NCBI GenBank assembly: GCA_036867785.1
Contig: CP145414.1
Location: 1-64,000, forward strand
From: Plasmodiophora brassicae
Lineage: Eukaryota
DNA length: 64,000 nt
Direction of reading: 5' to 3'
Shown: in pieces, positions 25,348 through 36,896 of the stretch
Position numbering within the stretch: the stretch's first letter is position 1
Layout: each line of letters starts with the position of its first letter
Position numbers and translations under genes: made by a program
The notes under the pieces: generated by a model
Told to the model about the DNA's origin: nothing
The model's database searches: none
The model's input: only the letters and a program-made list of their open reading frames with translations

Positions 25348-27136
25348 CTATTGAACGCTATGTTCCTTCCAGGGATGGCAATACAGGTAGTCAGTGTGGA
25401 CGTGAGCGATCTCGACAGTCTCCAAGCCTTCCAGCTTGATCTGAAGGCTTTCGCCAATATCGTGACTGTCCCGAAGTGGCATTTCTCCTGGTAGCCCAAT
25501 GTGAACTTCAACCTGTCCTGAACAGATCAGACCCAGGAACTCGTAGCTATTGACGATAATTGACAACCATGAGGTTCTCGCCAATGTAGACTGCTTTCAC
25601 GTCGTCGACCCAGCATATCCTGGAGTCGTGCCGCAAGGCCAGATAGGTGAAACTGGCGATGGTCCTCGAATCGGCAGTTTTGCCAACTGAAGAACACCCA
25701 GAGTGTAAGCGCTACGTGTGACGCACGACGAGGAAATTTAGGGGTCACCTAGGCGTGTGATATGCTCTCGTGCGTCACCCATCCAACTGGTCATAATATA
25801 CAGGGACAGCAGCATCGCCGCAACAGGATCAATGAACCTGGCCAGCATTCGGCATTGGGTTGCAGTAGGATGATTTACACGGCCTGCCTTACCATAGGGC
25901 GCCATTGTTGACCGCCGACAGTGCTGCTGCACCGAATCCACACGTGTAGGTCACTGAGTCATCCAGACGTTACGACATAGGTACAACGTGGACGCGCACA
26001 CATACGCAGGTCAAAGGTCTGTTCCTTTGCAACAATGCTGCAAGGGTTGCTCGAAGAAGACGATAGGTTGCGCGCAACGACAGTGCAGTAGACGATGATC
26101 ACAATCTTGCACACAGCGTTGATAATATATCCACCGACTACCATTTCGATGGGTACTACAGGAAGGGATTAAATGTGGGCGCGCCCATAAGAAAGTCGTT
26201 TCACGTACGTGCTGAGGAGGTTGATGGCCCCTCGAACAGTTTTTGAACGGATTCGACGAAGATGTACAACGAGGCCAGCTCCATTATCACTGCTTTCGTA
26301 CTCAGATCTAAGTTACGATAAAGTACAGCTGACAATTATCCTTGCCTGCAAACAGCAGTGTTCCTATCGGTTCCAACCTCGTCTTGCCCAAGGGGTAATT
26401 GTACGGATCCCGTCGCCTTCTCATCCACGCGGATATGTTGAGGATGGTGGTTGTTAGCAGGTCTAGGATCGTGTCGGCCGTTGACGCTGCAACCGAAAGG
26501 GATCCGGTCCGATACGCCAAGTAGATATTTAACCTAACGGCACATTCAGCATGTTCCTTATCAGTCCAGATAGCATCCTTACACCGCTAGACCGAGGTTA
26601 AGGCAGGTCCCCGACGTGATCGCGTATACAGCGTGTCTGTCCCAGTATCCACGGTCATGGCCCGAAAGTTTAGGAGACCCTGATGACATACACATTATAC
26701 TTTGTGGAGAGCCGACGTTCCCACGCTTCACTGACCCTTCCGTGATAGAGGAATTATAGCATTGTGATAAAACAGGACGTCGGTTGAAACTTCCGAACCA
26801 GAACCGTTACGAGGCCGACGAACGTCTGCGGTCACATTATGAATGTGCCTCTCCATGGTTAGCATGTCTTCGATCTGAGCGTTCTGGGCCGTATAAAACG
26901 CTGCCAGCGTCGGCTTCATGCGTTGAAGGTCAACGTCGGGTACCATATACGCCAGTAGGTCTGGAGCCCTGGTCAGTATCATGTAACACCCACAAGGCAA
27001 CAAAGCGGGGGCCAGAGATACCATGCGCCGTCCGGATGACTTTCCCGCTGGGAGAGCGGTATAAAACAGTGCCGAAGCCTTGCCGATCCAGGACCTGGCT
27101 CTCGGTTGATGCAACCGCCGGCATGTCTTCGGCCAT
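25348..27136 (-). CDS. Cation diffusion facilitator, Mn-CDF/MTP8-11-like (multi-exon)
   Basis: GSLSVAASTADTILD, YPLGKTRLEPIG, IDPVAAMLLSLYI, VEVHIGLP...SHDIGESLQIKLE...AHVHTDY. Confidence 0.88.
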
Positions 27137-27424
27137 GATCCTGTTCTCCGACGCAAAGCGTAAGCTGAATGGTGTTCACACGTAAGAAAAAGTGCCCGTT
27201 GTCAAAAGGAGACCAGGACGAACAATCGCCTTATAGACAACCAGTGCTCGCGGACCGGAACGGCGAGAATGATTCGACGTACGCCTGCGATCGGTAGCGA
27301 ATCTGTCCGGGAGGAGAGATCATGGCACTCGACCATTGCAAGTTGCGTGCCTGCAGCTGACAGCGCGTTGAGTGGCGATTCGCCACCCTCGGGAGACCGA
27401 TGCTGCAATGCTTATGCACGCTGC

Positions 27425-27622
27425 GCAAGCATCAGGATGATCCTGTGCCTCAGGTCCCACCCGGAGAGGTCGACGGGTGACGGCCACAGGCTGGACACGT
27501 CCTTCAGCGGTTTGTTGACCTGCGTCGACATCTGCCGTTCCAGGTCAACAGACTGGCCTCTGTCCGTCACCCATCGACCTGTCCAAGTGGGACCTGCGGC
27601 ACAGGATCATCCGGATGCTTGC
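27425..27622. repeat. Second fold-back of the same sequence family as 23292-24069 (head-to-head)
   Basis: 27425-27483 is the imperfect reverse complement of 27564-27622, with an inner stem TGTTGACCTG/CAGGTCAACA. The family continues at ~27750-27845 (RHVDEHIIDVAAV). Confidence 0.85.
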
Positions 27623-28629
27623 ACAGTTGAATCGCACCAGGGGTTCCTGTAGCGGCACAATCAGAATCAGCTGAGGATACAATATTGTCGCATACCAGCA
27701 TGGTCACCTGCTGCAGGATGTCATTGTACTCGTCTCGGCGGAGGAGTCTTGACGTACGTTGATGAAGAGAGGATCGCTGATAAGCGGCACGTCGACGAAC
27801 ACATCATCGACGTCGCGGCGGTTCGCTGGTCTCTGGATGCAGGTGACCGCGAAGAGCCATATAATGCGCTGGGCACGACAATGTCTGCCAAGTCGGCTGG
27901 GGCGTATACAAACGCGATACAGTGCACCCTGGAAAGGAATACGCATGGCACATCCCCATGACGCATATCGTCGATCGCGGTTCGGAAGGCGCAGCATCAA
28001 TGTTGACCTCCCACGCACGCGCGTCGACATGATGCAGTCGGCCTCGGCCAACCGCCCAAAAAAACAAGGATCCACAAACCCGCATCTTTTGGGGCCTTCA
28101 TCTTGCGTCTTGCGTTGTCACCTGTCTGTCAGCACGGTATGGCCACCATAGCAGTGCCTTTGATGGCACTCGAGGTCATAACCACTGTCAGGCACGGCCC
28201 GTCAACCGGACATGCACAGTCAGTTGTTCCACAAGACCCAGTTGTGTGGGTCCAATAATAGACCGCGGACGTCTTCCGGCCGGATCCCAGCATGGCTCCG
28301 GAGACACATTGGAGGGCACGAGGTCAGACGGCCAGGAGTAAATCAGGCCGAATTTAGTCAGAATCCTTAGAGATCTTAGCCAGCTGCTCGAAGCTTGAGC
28401 GGTGTTATGCCACAACTTGTCCCTGACGGTTTGATAGGCCAGGTCGATAAGCGGAGACAATGACGGGTGCACCCGTAGGCAGTCAGCCACAGTGACGCAC
28501 TTTTGTCCCGAAATAGCAGCGTAAAACTGCGCAGTACAGCCGCAATTCGCGACATGGCCTGAAATACTTGCCCCGGCAGACTTCGCAGGTGGAACTCGCT
28601 CTAGAGAGGTGCGAATGGCGCGAACAGCG

Positions 28630-29771
28630 ATGGAGCTGACGTTTGTCGTCTTTCTGGTTGGCTTCGGCTGCATACCGAGGGCATATGCAATCGATCCTCT
28701 TGACTTGCCTGGTTTCGTGGCCAAGTTTGCGATCGCGGATTTCGCCGCAGAGATCGCTCCCGTCGTTCTCGAACGTTCCGTATTCTACCCAACCCTGGCC
28801 AAGGTTCTGAAGAAACTGTACCCGGATGATTCGTTGTTTGCCATCAATGCCAAGCTGGCCGCGTTGCACTCGGTCACGACACCCATCGCGGAGATTGCCG
28901 GTAAGCACCTCGCAGGTAGGACCATCGATGTCGTACGATCCCTTCGCAGCGGTAAAATCGCGGTGCGAAACGCGACGTATGATGTCGTTCTTGGCGTGCC
29001 CGGTTTCATGCGAACCGTTGCTAAAGCATATGTCACGCGAATTGCGTTCAGCGCGGTCAAGCCTACTCTTTCTGGTCCTGGCCAACGGCTGTCGAAGGCG
29101 ATCACCATACAAGCCGAAGGAGCCCTCCTTCATCAACCGCAAGCGATGCGGAGACTGGAAAGCCTGTCGAACAAGTTCCTCGGTCAGCCAGAGGTGGTTC
29201 GCCGTGCTGTGAAGTTTGTTGGCGGTGAGATGGCTCAACATGCAGCGCTTGCATACTACTTCCTGTTGGCCGATCGTAAACCATTATCGGAAGGCATCGG
29301 CCTGTTATCATCAGCATTGATATGGAATTCCGCACTACACGTCTGGACAATGCCGTGGAGAAACTCACCAAGGCGGGGGCCGGGCTGCTGGCCAAGGTCA
29401 TACACGTACCACAACCTATCCAGCAAGGTGTCTCGGACTTCGCTCCACATGCTCTCAAGTTTGGTGTCCTCCTCTACCAGGTCAGTCGAATGAAATCCCT
29501 CCCTGAGGAAGCGCGCCAGTTCCTCCCCAGCTCAATGAAGAAGGGCATGACGCTTCCGGGACGTTCCAAGCTAGCATTGGCGACCGCTGGCCTGCTTGCC
29601 ATTCCGTTGGCCGTCTTCGCCGCGACACGTAACGATAGTCGGTGTTGCACGGATTCGCCGCGCCCAGCTGCTCACAACGTTTCTTCGGCATGGCAGCTCG
29701 TGCCGACGATCACAGTCGTTTTGACATTGCTGCTGGCAGTTGTCGCATGGGACTTATGCCTTCTCTCATAA
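28630..29771 (+). pseudogene. Signal-peptide, multi-hydrophobic-segment protein with an apparent frameshift near 29338
   Basis: MELTFVVFLVGFGCIPRAYA N-terminus. Protein-like sequence continues in another frame (RLDNAVEKLTK... to a C-terminal TM). No intron signal at the junction. Confidence 0.55.
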
Positions 29772-30895
29772 AAGTTCGCCACTTGAGAAATTTGTGAGAA
29801 CCTGATATTTGGCATCTAAGACGTACGTATCATTTGTATTGCGGCATATGAGCGCCGTCCGATCGGCCCGACTAACCCATAGGACAAGAAACGGCACAGG
29901 TTTATATGTCGCACAGGTACGCACGATTCTGAAGACGGCATGATACCCTCGTCCGACGCCATTTGGTTCTCCCCTCGGTGAACCGCCGGCGATATCTGCC
30001 CAAGGCGTCGCAGCGCTAGCTGGCCGGCCTGGACGCAACGCTCTGGGACGAGATGATCAGCGAAGATGAGGAGAACGACAATGCCCGAGTCGCGGGGGCG
30101 GCCGCTAAACTGTACTTGAAGTGGGCGTCGCGAACCCGCTTGCATGGCAGCATGTCGAGAGCGGTATTGACCCATCAGATCGTCAGATCGTGTACGGAAG
30201 ATTGTTACGATGGCCGATCCTGTGAACGGAGCCGCGAACCCGGGCGAACGCAGAGCCGAGAGGGACAAAGGCGATGAGGACCATCCCCGGCCATTCGCGC
30301 GTCGCGACTCTGTTCATATGGTTACTGTCTGCAACTGGAAGGGCTGGGCCAGATCCGTCGCGACGGTGGCGACCCGCCCGACGCCGAATCTCCAGCTGCT
30401 GCTTTTGATCTATGCCCCAGCACAGGTGCACAAGCACTTCCTGGACGCCGGCCAGCAGCAACACATTCCATAGACTTGGCGCCGCATGCTATCTCGGAAC
30501 GAGTTCGTTGTAGCAGTACCAACACTGGCCAATGCGCAGTCGGGGACCGGTTCCAGCGCTTCGTCAGCACTTGCCGCACCGTCGCACAGAGCGCGCTGCC
30601 AGGCGAGCTAGTTTCCATCGCCCCGCGTCCAACTGCGAGCAGCACCACCATCTTAATTGATATGGCGGTACGGCTGTGACGTCCGACGGGGGAAGCGAAC
30701 GACGGCCGGCGCCGAACGCCTGGTTCGTAACGCGGGTTCGGGCGGGCGGCGTGGTGAGACGAGGTCACGCACGGACCGCGCGCTCTCCGCGATCGTCCAT
30801 TTGGGGACGCTCCTCCTCATCGTCACAGGCGGCACGCGGCCAACCTGGCATCGGGATTGGGTGGCGGCGGCGGCTCCGGCAGTGGCGGCGGTGCC

Positions 30896-31525
30896 ATGGC
30901 GGCGCATCGGAAGAAGATCCTGATCAAGGTGATCATCTTGGGTGACAGCGGCGTCGGGAAGACGTCGCTCATGAACCAGTACGTGAACGGCAAGTTCTCG
31001 GCGCAGTACAAGGCGACGATCGGCGCCGACTTCCTGCAGAAGGAGGTCGAGGTCGACGGCAAGGTCGTCACCATGCAGATATGGGACACGGCTGGCCAGG
31101 AGCGATTCCAGTCGCTGGGCGTTGCCTTCTACCGCGGCGCCGACGCGTGCGTCCTCGTCTACGATATCACGAACGCGAAATCGTTCGACTCGCTGGATTC
31201 CTGGATGAAGGAGTTCCTCGTGCAGGCGTCGCCCCGCAACGAGGACACGTTCCCGTTCGTCGTCCTGGGCAACAAGGCCGACCTGAAAGACCGGCGCCAG
31301 GTGCCCGAATCGAAGGCCAAGACCTGGTCGAAGAACAACGACGACATGCCCTGCTTCGAGACGTCGGCCAAGGACGCCACCAACGTCCAGGATGCGTTCA
31401 TCACGATCGCGCGACGCGCCCTCGAACAGGAATCGGACGACAACCCGATCTACATACCCGAGACGATCGATCTGCACAGCGCGGATCGCTCCCGGAACCA
31501 GGCCGGCTCGCAATCCTGCTGCTAA
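30896..31525 (+). CDS. RAB7: Rab7 GTPase
   Basis: [49 protein letters not shown]-terminal CC. Intronless. Confidence 0.97.
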   Translation: MAAHRKKILIKVIILGDSGVGKTSLMNQYVNGKFSAQYKATIGADFLQKEVEVDGKVVTMQIWDTAGQERFQSLGVAFYRGADACVLVYDITNAKSFDSLDSWMKEFLVQASPRNEDTFPFVVLGNKADLKDRRQVPESKAKTWSKNNDDMPCFETSAKDATNVQDAFITIARRALEQESDDNPIYIPETIDLHSADRSRNQAGSQSCC

Positions 31526-31745
31526 CGTGCGCTGTGCCACATCGTCTCTCGACGTCCCGCACGCCTTACTAGTACAGCATCATTCTCGTAGTCGTTGTGC
31601 CTGGCTGCGCCGCCACGATGGACAAGACGCCCCCTAAGCCTGGCCTACGTAGGACAGCAGGCGTCGTTGCGCGCGCCCGATCGCCGCCCGCCTGGGACGC
31701 CCCATTATGCTAGGAACGATCTGCGTGTTGCACCGTACTACATTG

Positions 31746-32381
31746 CTACAGGAGCGGATCGGACGCCAGGACGTCGAACGCGTCCAGGTCGAGCGTGGCT
31801 GACAACGGTGGCGGCGGCAGGTGCTGCGCCAGCTGTGCCGCTGCCGACGATGGCATCGTACGCGGCCGTATGACGGCGTACGGTTTCCGGTTGGAGGGCG
31901 GGCGCCGCCGCCGCGAGTGGTCCCTGTCGATGCAGGTCTTCTCCTTGCCCGTGTCGACGCACCGCTTGCAGGGGCGGTTGTAGTCGCAGCCGAGCTTGTG
32001 GCGGGCGCAGTGGACGCAGGCGACCTTGGTGTTGTACCTCGGGTTCGTCGGCATGCGCTGCGCCATCGTCGTCGCCTGCCCCGTCCGGATCAGGACGCGT
32101 TCCATGTCGGCGGGCACGGGCACGACGGGTACACGCATGCGCTGGGCCGCTTCGTACAGGGCTAGGCGCCTCTCGACGTCGCCCCGTCGTGAGGGCGCCT
32201 GTTCGACGACCAGATCCAGTGGGCGGGCGTCGTTCCTGGCCAGAGGGTCGTCGTCGTCGTCGAAGACGTTAAACGATGGGATGTCGTGGGGCTGGTCGAG
32301 CGCCCAGTTCAAGACGAGGTCGTCGTACGGGCACGAGGCGGCCGAATTCGGGAACGTCTTGGGTGACAGCATCGTCGGCAT
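31746..32381 (-). CDS. Zn(II)2Cys6 binuclear-cluster transcription factor
   Basis: ACVHCARHKLGCDYNRPCKRCVDTGKEKTC followed by a basic RRRR stretch. Confidence 0.85.
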   Translation of the reverse strand: MPTMLSPKTFPNSAASCPYDDLVLNWALDQPHDIPSFNVFDDDDDPLARNDARPLDLVVEQAPSRRGDVERRLALYEAAQRMRVPVVPVPADMERVLIRTGQATTMAQRMPTNPRYNTKVACVHCARHKLGCDYNRPCKRCVDTGKEKTCIDRDHSRRRRPPSNRKPYAVIRPRTMPSSAAAQLAQHLPPPPLSATLDLDAFDVLASDPLL

Positions 32382-32570
32382 TCGTCAGGCAGTCGTCGTT
32401 CGGCCGATTCGGTACTGCGGTACACAGGTGGACCACAAGTTCCCGACGACAGGCTTAGGGCACTGCGCTTCATCCGGTTCGGCCGATCGCGCTACCGTCA
32501 ACGTCGTTCGTGTATGGGATTAGAAACATAACAGTCAATCAAGGATGCGCGAGGTCGACTGTACTGATGA

Positions 32571-33246
32571 TTAGGTGAACTTGGGGACCGCTTGCGAGAA
32601 GGAATGGTACCCGTGCTTGGCCAGGTGATGCCGAACGGTGCCAACCAGGCCGAGGGCACTGCCCGCAAGCAGGCCGGCGGCCGTCGCTACTCGAATGCCT
32701 CGTGAGGATTTGTAAATCAGGCCCGTCAGCGCCGCCCCGCCAATCTCATTGTACACGTCCTTCTTGTCCCGTATCGAGCTCAGCGCGTTCTCCGAGCACG
32801 TATACAGCAGCGCTAGGCACACGTTAGTTGTCGTTGAACGCGTACGTCAGATATTTGGAGGGCGTACCCAGAATGCCGAGAGAATTGCCTAGCGCGGCAC
32901 CGCGCTTGCCGGCACCGTTCAGGATGGCATTGAGTCGCAGCTTGGCGTTGGTGGCGTCCTGGGAGCGCATACCCTGCGACGCGCCATACAGTCCGCCGAG
33001 GACCAGGCCGGCGCCATACGAGACGCCGCAGTTGATGGTCATCTGCTGGAACATGGACCTCTGCGTCTGCTCCGGGAACAGGTACTCGGGCCGGCCCGGC
33101 TGTGACAACCCGTACACGCCGAGCATCGGCGCCAGCTTGGCGGCATCGATGCCGGACAGCGACGATATCGTCTGCTGCTGCTGCTTGGATGGCGGCCCCG
33201 CCTCGGCTTCCAGCTCCGACCAATCGTTGCCGGCATCGCGACCCAT
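32571..33246 (-). CDS. TIM23: Mitochondrial inner-membrane translocase Tim23 (2 exons)
   Basis: CGVSYGAGLVLGGLYG, KLRLNAILNGAGKRG..LGNSLG, intron ~32813-32868, then ALLY...NEIGGAALTGLIYKS. Confidence 0.9.
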
Positions 33247-33394
33247 CGTGGCGGCGGCGGTGCAGTGACGGCGGAGACTTCCCCCGAACCCACTGCGACT
33301 GCGGACTCCGCCACGGAGATCCCGTTATTACGTACGGGGCACACACTGAAGCAGGTCCTTGTAGAATATCAACCACTCGATTGCACCCGTATAT

Positions 33395-34021
33395 TCATCG
33401 CCAATCATCAGTGTCGTCCTGCGGGTCACCTGTCCTGGATTCGGCATATCCGAGCAGGATTTGGTGGATCAGGTCGACGAGCAGGTCGCGTCGGCTGGGT
33501 TCGATCTCGGCCAGCGACTGCTGCACGGAGCTGTAGATGATGGGGGCGGATGCGCCCAGAACCAGGCCCATAGCGGAATACAAGGCGGGATACGATTGTC
33601 GACCGGGGCGGTTGGACGTCCAGGCCGTTATGGTCCCGATTACGTATCCGCCTAGGGCGCCGATCGCAGCGCTGACGGCACTGCCAACGGCGACTTCCTG
33701 GCTGGGTACCCGCATCATGGCTTGGCCCGTCTTGCGAACAATATCAAGGAAGGCTTCCTCGATGTCGTCGTATGCGAATCCCCCGTCGGCAATCGGCTGC
33801 CCGAGGTCGTACTGTCGTCGTTTGTCCTCGTCTGACAGGATCTCGTACGCACGCTGGACCTCGCGGAACGCGTCCGCCATAGCGGTTCGATGCTGCTCGC
33901 TTGCGTTCGCATGCTTATCCGGGTGGTACTTGATCGCCAGCTTCCGATACGCCTGCCTGATCTCCGACGCCGTCGCATATCGCTCGACGCCCAGCACGTT
34001 ATAGAAATCGTCACGCTGCAT
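33395..34021 (-). CDS. DnaJ-domain membrane protein
   Basis: DFYNVLGV...IRQAYRKLAIKYHPDK...AYEILSD.DKRRQYD, plus two hydrophobic segments. Confidence 0.9.
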   Translation of the reverse strand: MQRDDFYNVLGVERYATASEIRQAYRKLAIKYHPDKHANASEQHRTAMADAFREVQRAYEILSDEDKRRQYDLGQPIADGGFAYDDIEEAFLDIVRKTGQAMMRVPSQEVAVGSAVSAAIGALGGYVIGTITAWTSNRPGRQSYPALYSAMGLVLGASAPIIYSSVQQSLAEIEPSRRDLLVDLIHQILLGYAESRTGDPQDDTDDWR

Positions 34022-34350
34022 CGCCTGCCTGACGTCGTCGACCGCGCGTTTAATTACACGTCGCCGCCCGTGAGTCGTGACGCGGCCCCCGGACACTGTT
34101 GGCGTCATCAATGTCGGCCGCGTCGGTCCCGTACGCGGTGCGCGAACACACACGTGCTTCGTGGAGTTGCAGCACTCGCCCATCATGTATGTTCGTAGGC
34201 ACACCTACCTACATACGTAGGTTAGCAGTGACGAACGTTCGAAGCTATTTTTGGGGTGGACGACCTGGCAGTGGTAGCCGTGGTTGACGCCCGCTTGGTG
34301 CCGCTGATTGCACCCGATTAGTTGAGGCATTAATCAGATAGGTTGGCGGC

Positions 34351-36174
34351 ATGCAGGGACTGCGTTGGCGCCTGCGATCGTGGGCGCTGGGTCGCCTGGT
34401 TCGTGTGGCGTGGAGCAGGGAGTCCTGGATGCACGCCGCCCTGCTGGCCGTCCTGTGCCTACTGTACGCCTGGTCGTACAATTACTTCTCCGAGCTGACC
34501 GGCACGTTTACGGAGGCCATCCTGGAGCGTGACACGTCCACGTTTATGTCGCTGGTAGCCTGGATGCTTCTCTCGATTGCCATGGCGTCGGCGTCGACAA
34601 CGTTGATGCTGTACTACGGCGAGCGCATGACGCTCGGTACTTGGAGGCACCGCATCTCGGCCTACATCGCCGACCGTTACTTTCGCCCACGTGTCAGCTT
34701 CCGCATGCTGGTCCTGGACCAGCGCATCGACGACGCCGATCAGCGCCTGGCATCGGATGTCGACCAGTTCTGCCGGCAGGCCAAGATGATCCTGGTGGGT
34801 GCCCCGATGTACATGGGCTTCCTGCCCGTCGCCATCTCCACGGTCTGGTTCTGCGTCACGCTCTACCTGAAATCCGGATGGTTCTGCCCGGTCGCCTCCA
34901 TTGCCTTCTTCGCCGTGTTCGTCATCACGAACCGATTGCTAATGTCCCGCGTGCATCGCATCGTGACTCGTGGTCTGCACGCGCTGGGCGCGTACCGGTT
35001 CATGCACACGTACCTGCGCCTGCACGCCGAGAGCGTCGCCTTACTGGGTGGCCACGCCCGCGAACGCCACCGCGCCGATCGCTGTCTAGACGAAGTTGTC
35101 CGCTGCTCAACGAAGCAGGCGCTGTGGTCCATCCCGTTCAACTTTAACGCCAACGCCTTCTTTTGGGGCGCCGGCGCCATCGCCTACGTGATCCCCGGCC
35201 TGCAATGGTACCTGTTCCCCGACGACGACCGCCTGGACGTTGCCACGTTCGTCACGGTCGCTACCATTATTCAGAACATGCTGTACCAGTTAGCGTTCCT
35301 GATCCAGCTGTCGCAGGAGGTGACCCAGTTCTGGGCCCTGACCGATCGCATCGTCGAATTCCTAGACGTACTCGACGACATCGCCGACGACACACGGGAT
35401 CATGACGGCGATGACGCCGCCATCCGTGATAACGATAGCGACAGCGCCTGTGAGCTGCTAGAGATTAACGGCGTCAGTACGGTGAACGGTGGCGATGCCA
35501 TCGTATTCGATGGCGTGCGACTGAGAACGCCAGGCGGTCGCGTCCTGTTCCCAGGCCCGGGTCTGTCGTTCACAGTCGCTGGCGGCGGCCGACGTAACGT
35601 CTTGATCATGGGGCCCAACGGTATCGGCAAGTCGAGCCTGGTGCGGGCCCTGGCAGGCCTGTGGCCCGTGCATGCCGGGCAGATCACGCGCCCGCTCCCC
35701 GGCGACATCTTCTACCTGCCGCAGCGCCCGTACCTGTCGTTCGGGTCCCTACGGGAACAGATCGCCTACCCGAAGGACCCAGCGCTGCTGTCGGATGCCC
35801 AGGCACGGCAGCTGCTTGGAGCGGTGAACCTCGCCAGCAGGTTTGGTGATCTGGACGATGTGCGCCCGTGGCCGGAAGTCTTGTCGCTGGGTGAACAGCA
35901 GCGTCTGGCCGTGGCCAGGCTGCTGTTCCACAAGCCGGCGTTCGCCGTTCTCGACGAATGCACGTCGTCGATGGACGAAGGCGTGGAGGCCGACATCTAC
36001 AGGTTGCTGGTCGGCACGGGCGCTGGCATCCTGTCCATCGCGCATCGCTCCACCGTCATGCGGTTCCACCATGACCTCGTCCGCATCGACAAGGACGGCC
36101 AGGTCGCCCATGAAGTGTTGCAGGGCGTGTCGGGCGCTGACCGTGGCCAGTACCCGGCACTTGGGCACGAATAG
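34351..36174 (+). CDS. ABC transporter, subfamily D half-transporter
   Basis: IDDADQRLASDV, HAESVALLGG (EAA-like), Walker A GPNGIGKS, YLPQRPY, LSLGEQQRL, AVLDECTS, SIAHR. Confidence 0.95.
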   Translation: MQGLRWRLRSWALGRLVRVAWSRESWMHAALLAVLCLLYAWSYNYFSELTGTFTEAILERDTSTFMSLVAWMLLSIAMASASTTLMLYYGERMTLGTWRHRISAYIADRYFRPRVSFRMLVLDQRIDDADQRLASDVDQFCRQAKMILVGAPMYMGFLPVAISTVWFCVTLYLKSGWFCPVASIAFFAVFVITNRLLMSRVHRIVTRGLHALGAYRFMHTYLRLHAESVALLGGHARERHRADRCLDEVVRCSTKQALWSIPFNFNANAFFWGAGAIAYVIPGLQWYLFPDDDRLDVATFVTVATIIQNMLYQLAFLIQLSQEVTQFWALTDRIVEFLDVLDDIADDTRDHDGDDAAIRDNDSDSACELLEINGVSTVNGGDAIVFDGVRLRTPGGRVLFPGPGLSFTVAGGGRRNVLIMGPNGIGKSSLVRALAGLWPVHAGQITRPLPGDIFYLPQRPYLSFGSLREQIAYPKDPALLSDAQARQLLGAVNLASRFGDLDDVRPWPEVLSLGEQQRLAVARLLFHKPAFAVLDECTSSMDEGVEADIYRLLVGTGAGILSIAHRSTVMRFHHDLVRIDKDGQVAHEVLQGVSGADRGQYPALGHE

Positions 36175-36256
36175 AGAATCATCGCATCCGGACGGATCGG
36201 TGGTAACGTTCGACACGCTCTGTACAATTACTGCATGTATCGACGTCGGCTAGCGC

Positions 36257-36638
36257 TCAGGATGACGAAGATGACGTCCGGGTGGAGAGGCTCCACTGGC
36301 CACCACCGAACGCGGGCTTGTCGACACGCTGGTCGCCGTCCCGTTCCAGGGCGGCGTACGTGCCTCGCGCCAGGAACCGCTCCTTGAAATGGGGTTTGCA
36401 GTAGATGACACCGCCGTACATCGCCAGGTTGCCCAGCGATACGACCGACTTGCACTGGTTGCACCGCACGCATCGCTTATGGAACGTGGCGCCTTCGATC
36501 TGTGCATATCCGCGATTGTCATCGGATACCGACTATAGTAGGACGTGGTTGGCCACGCCGGCATACCTGCTGGGACTCCATCGGGTACACGCGCCTCTCG
36601 CACGACGGGCACTGAACGCGAACGGCAACGCCGGACAT
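36257..36638 (-). CDS. Single LIM-domain protein (2 exons)
   Basis: CPSCERRVYPME / FHKRCVRCNQC...IYCKPHF. Confidence 0.88.
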
Positions 36639-36896
36639 GGTCGCTGCGATATGGACGTCTGCGAGTTGCATCGACGGGTGCTCGACTCCGAAATAGGACG
36701 GCCGGGCGCACCACATGAATAGAAACTGCGTTCCTATTTCCATAGCGCGGCCTCAAAATAGGAACACATAAGCGAGGATAAGTGCCCATGCGCACCACGC
36801 AGGCGTCCCGCTCGCGCGCGCCGCAACGCAACCAGCAGCGTCTCGCGCTCGACAACGTGCACTTTAGTGGTTGGTCGTTGTTGACACGCCATATTG

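Noticed and set aside
29940-30473. Possible gene fragment (GLDATLWDEMISEDEE...)
   Set aside because: Interrupted by stops and frame changes; no identifiable family.
30653-31540. Long antisense ORFs over Rab7 and other core genes
   Set aside because: Shadow ORFs expected from high GC3 codon usage.
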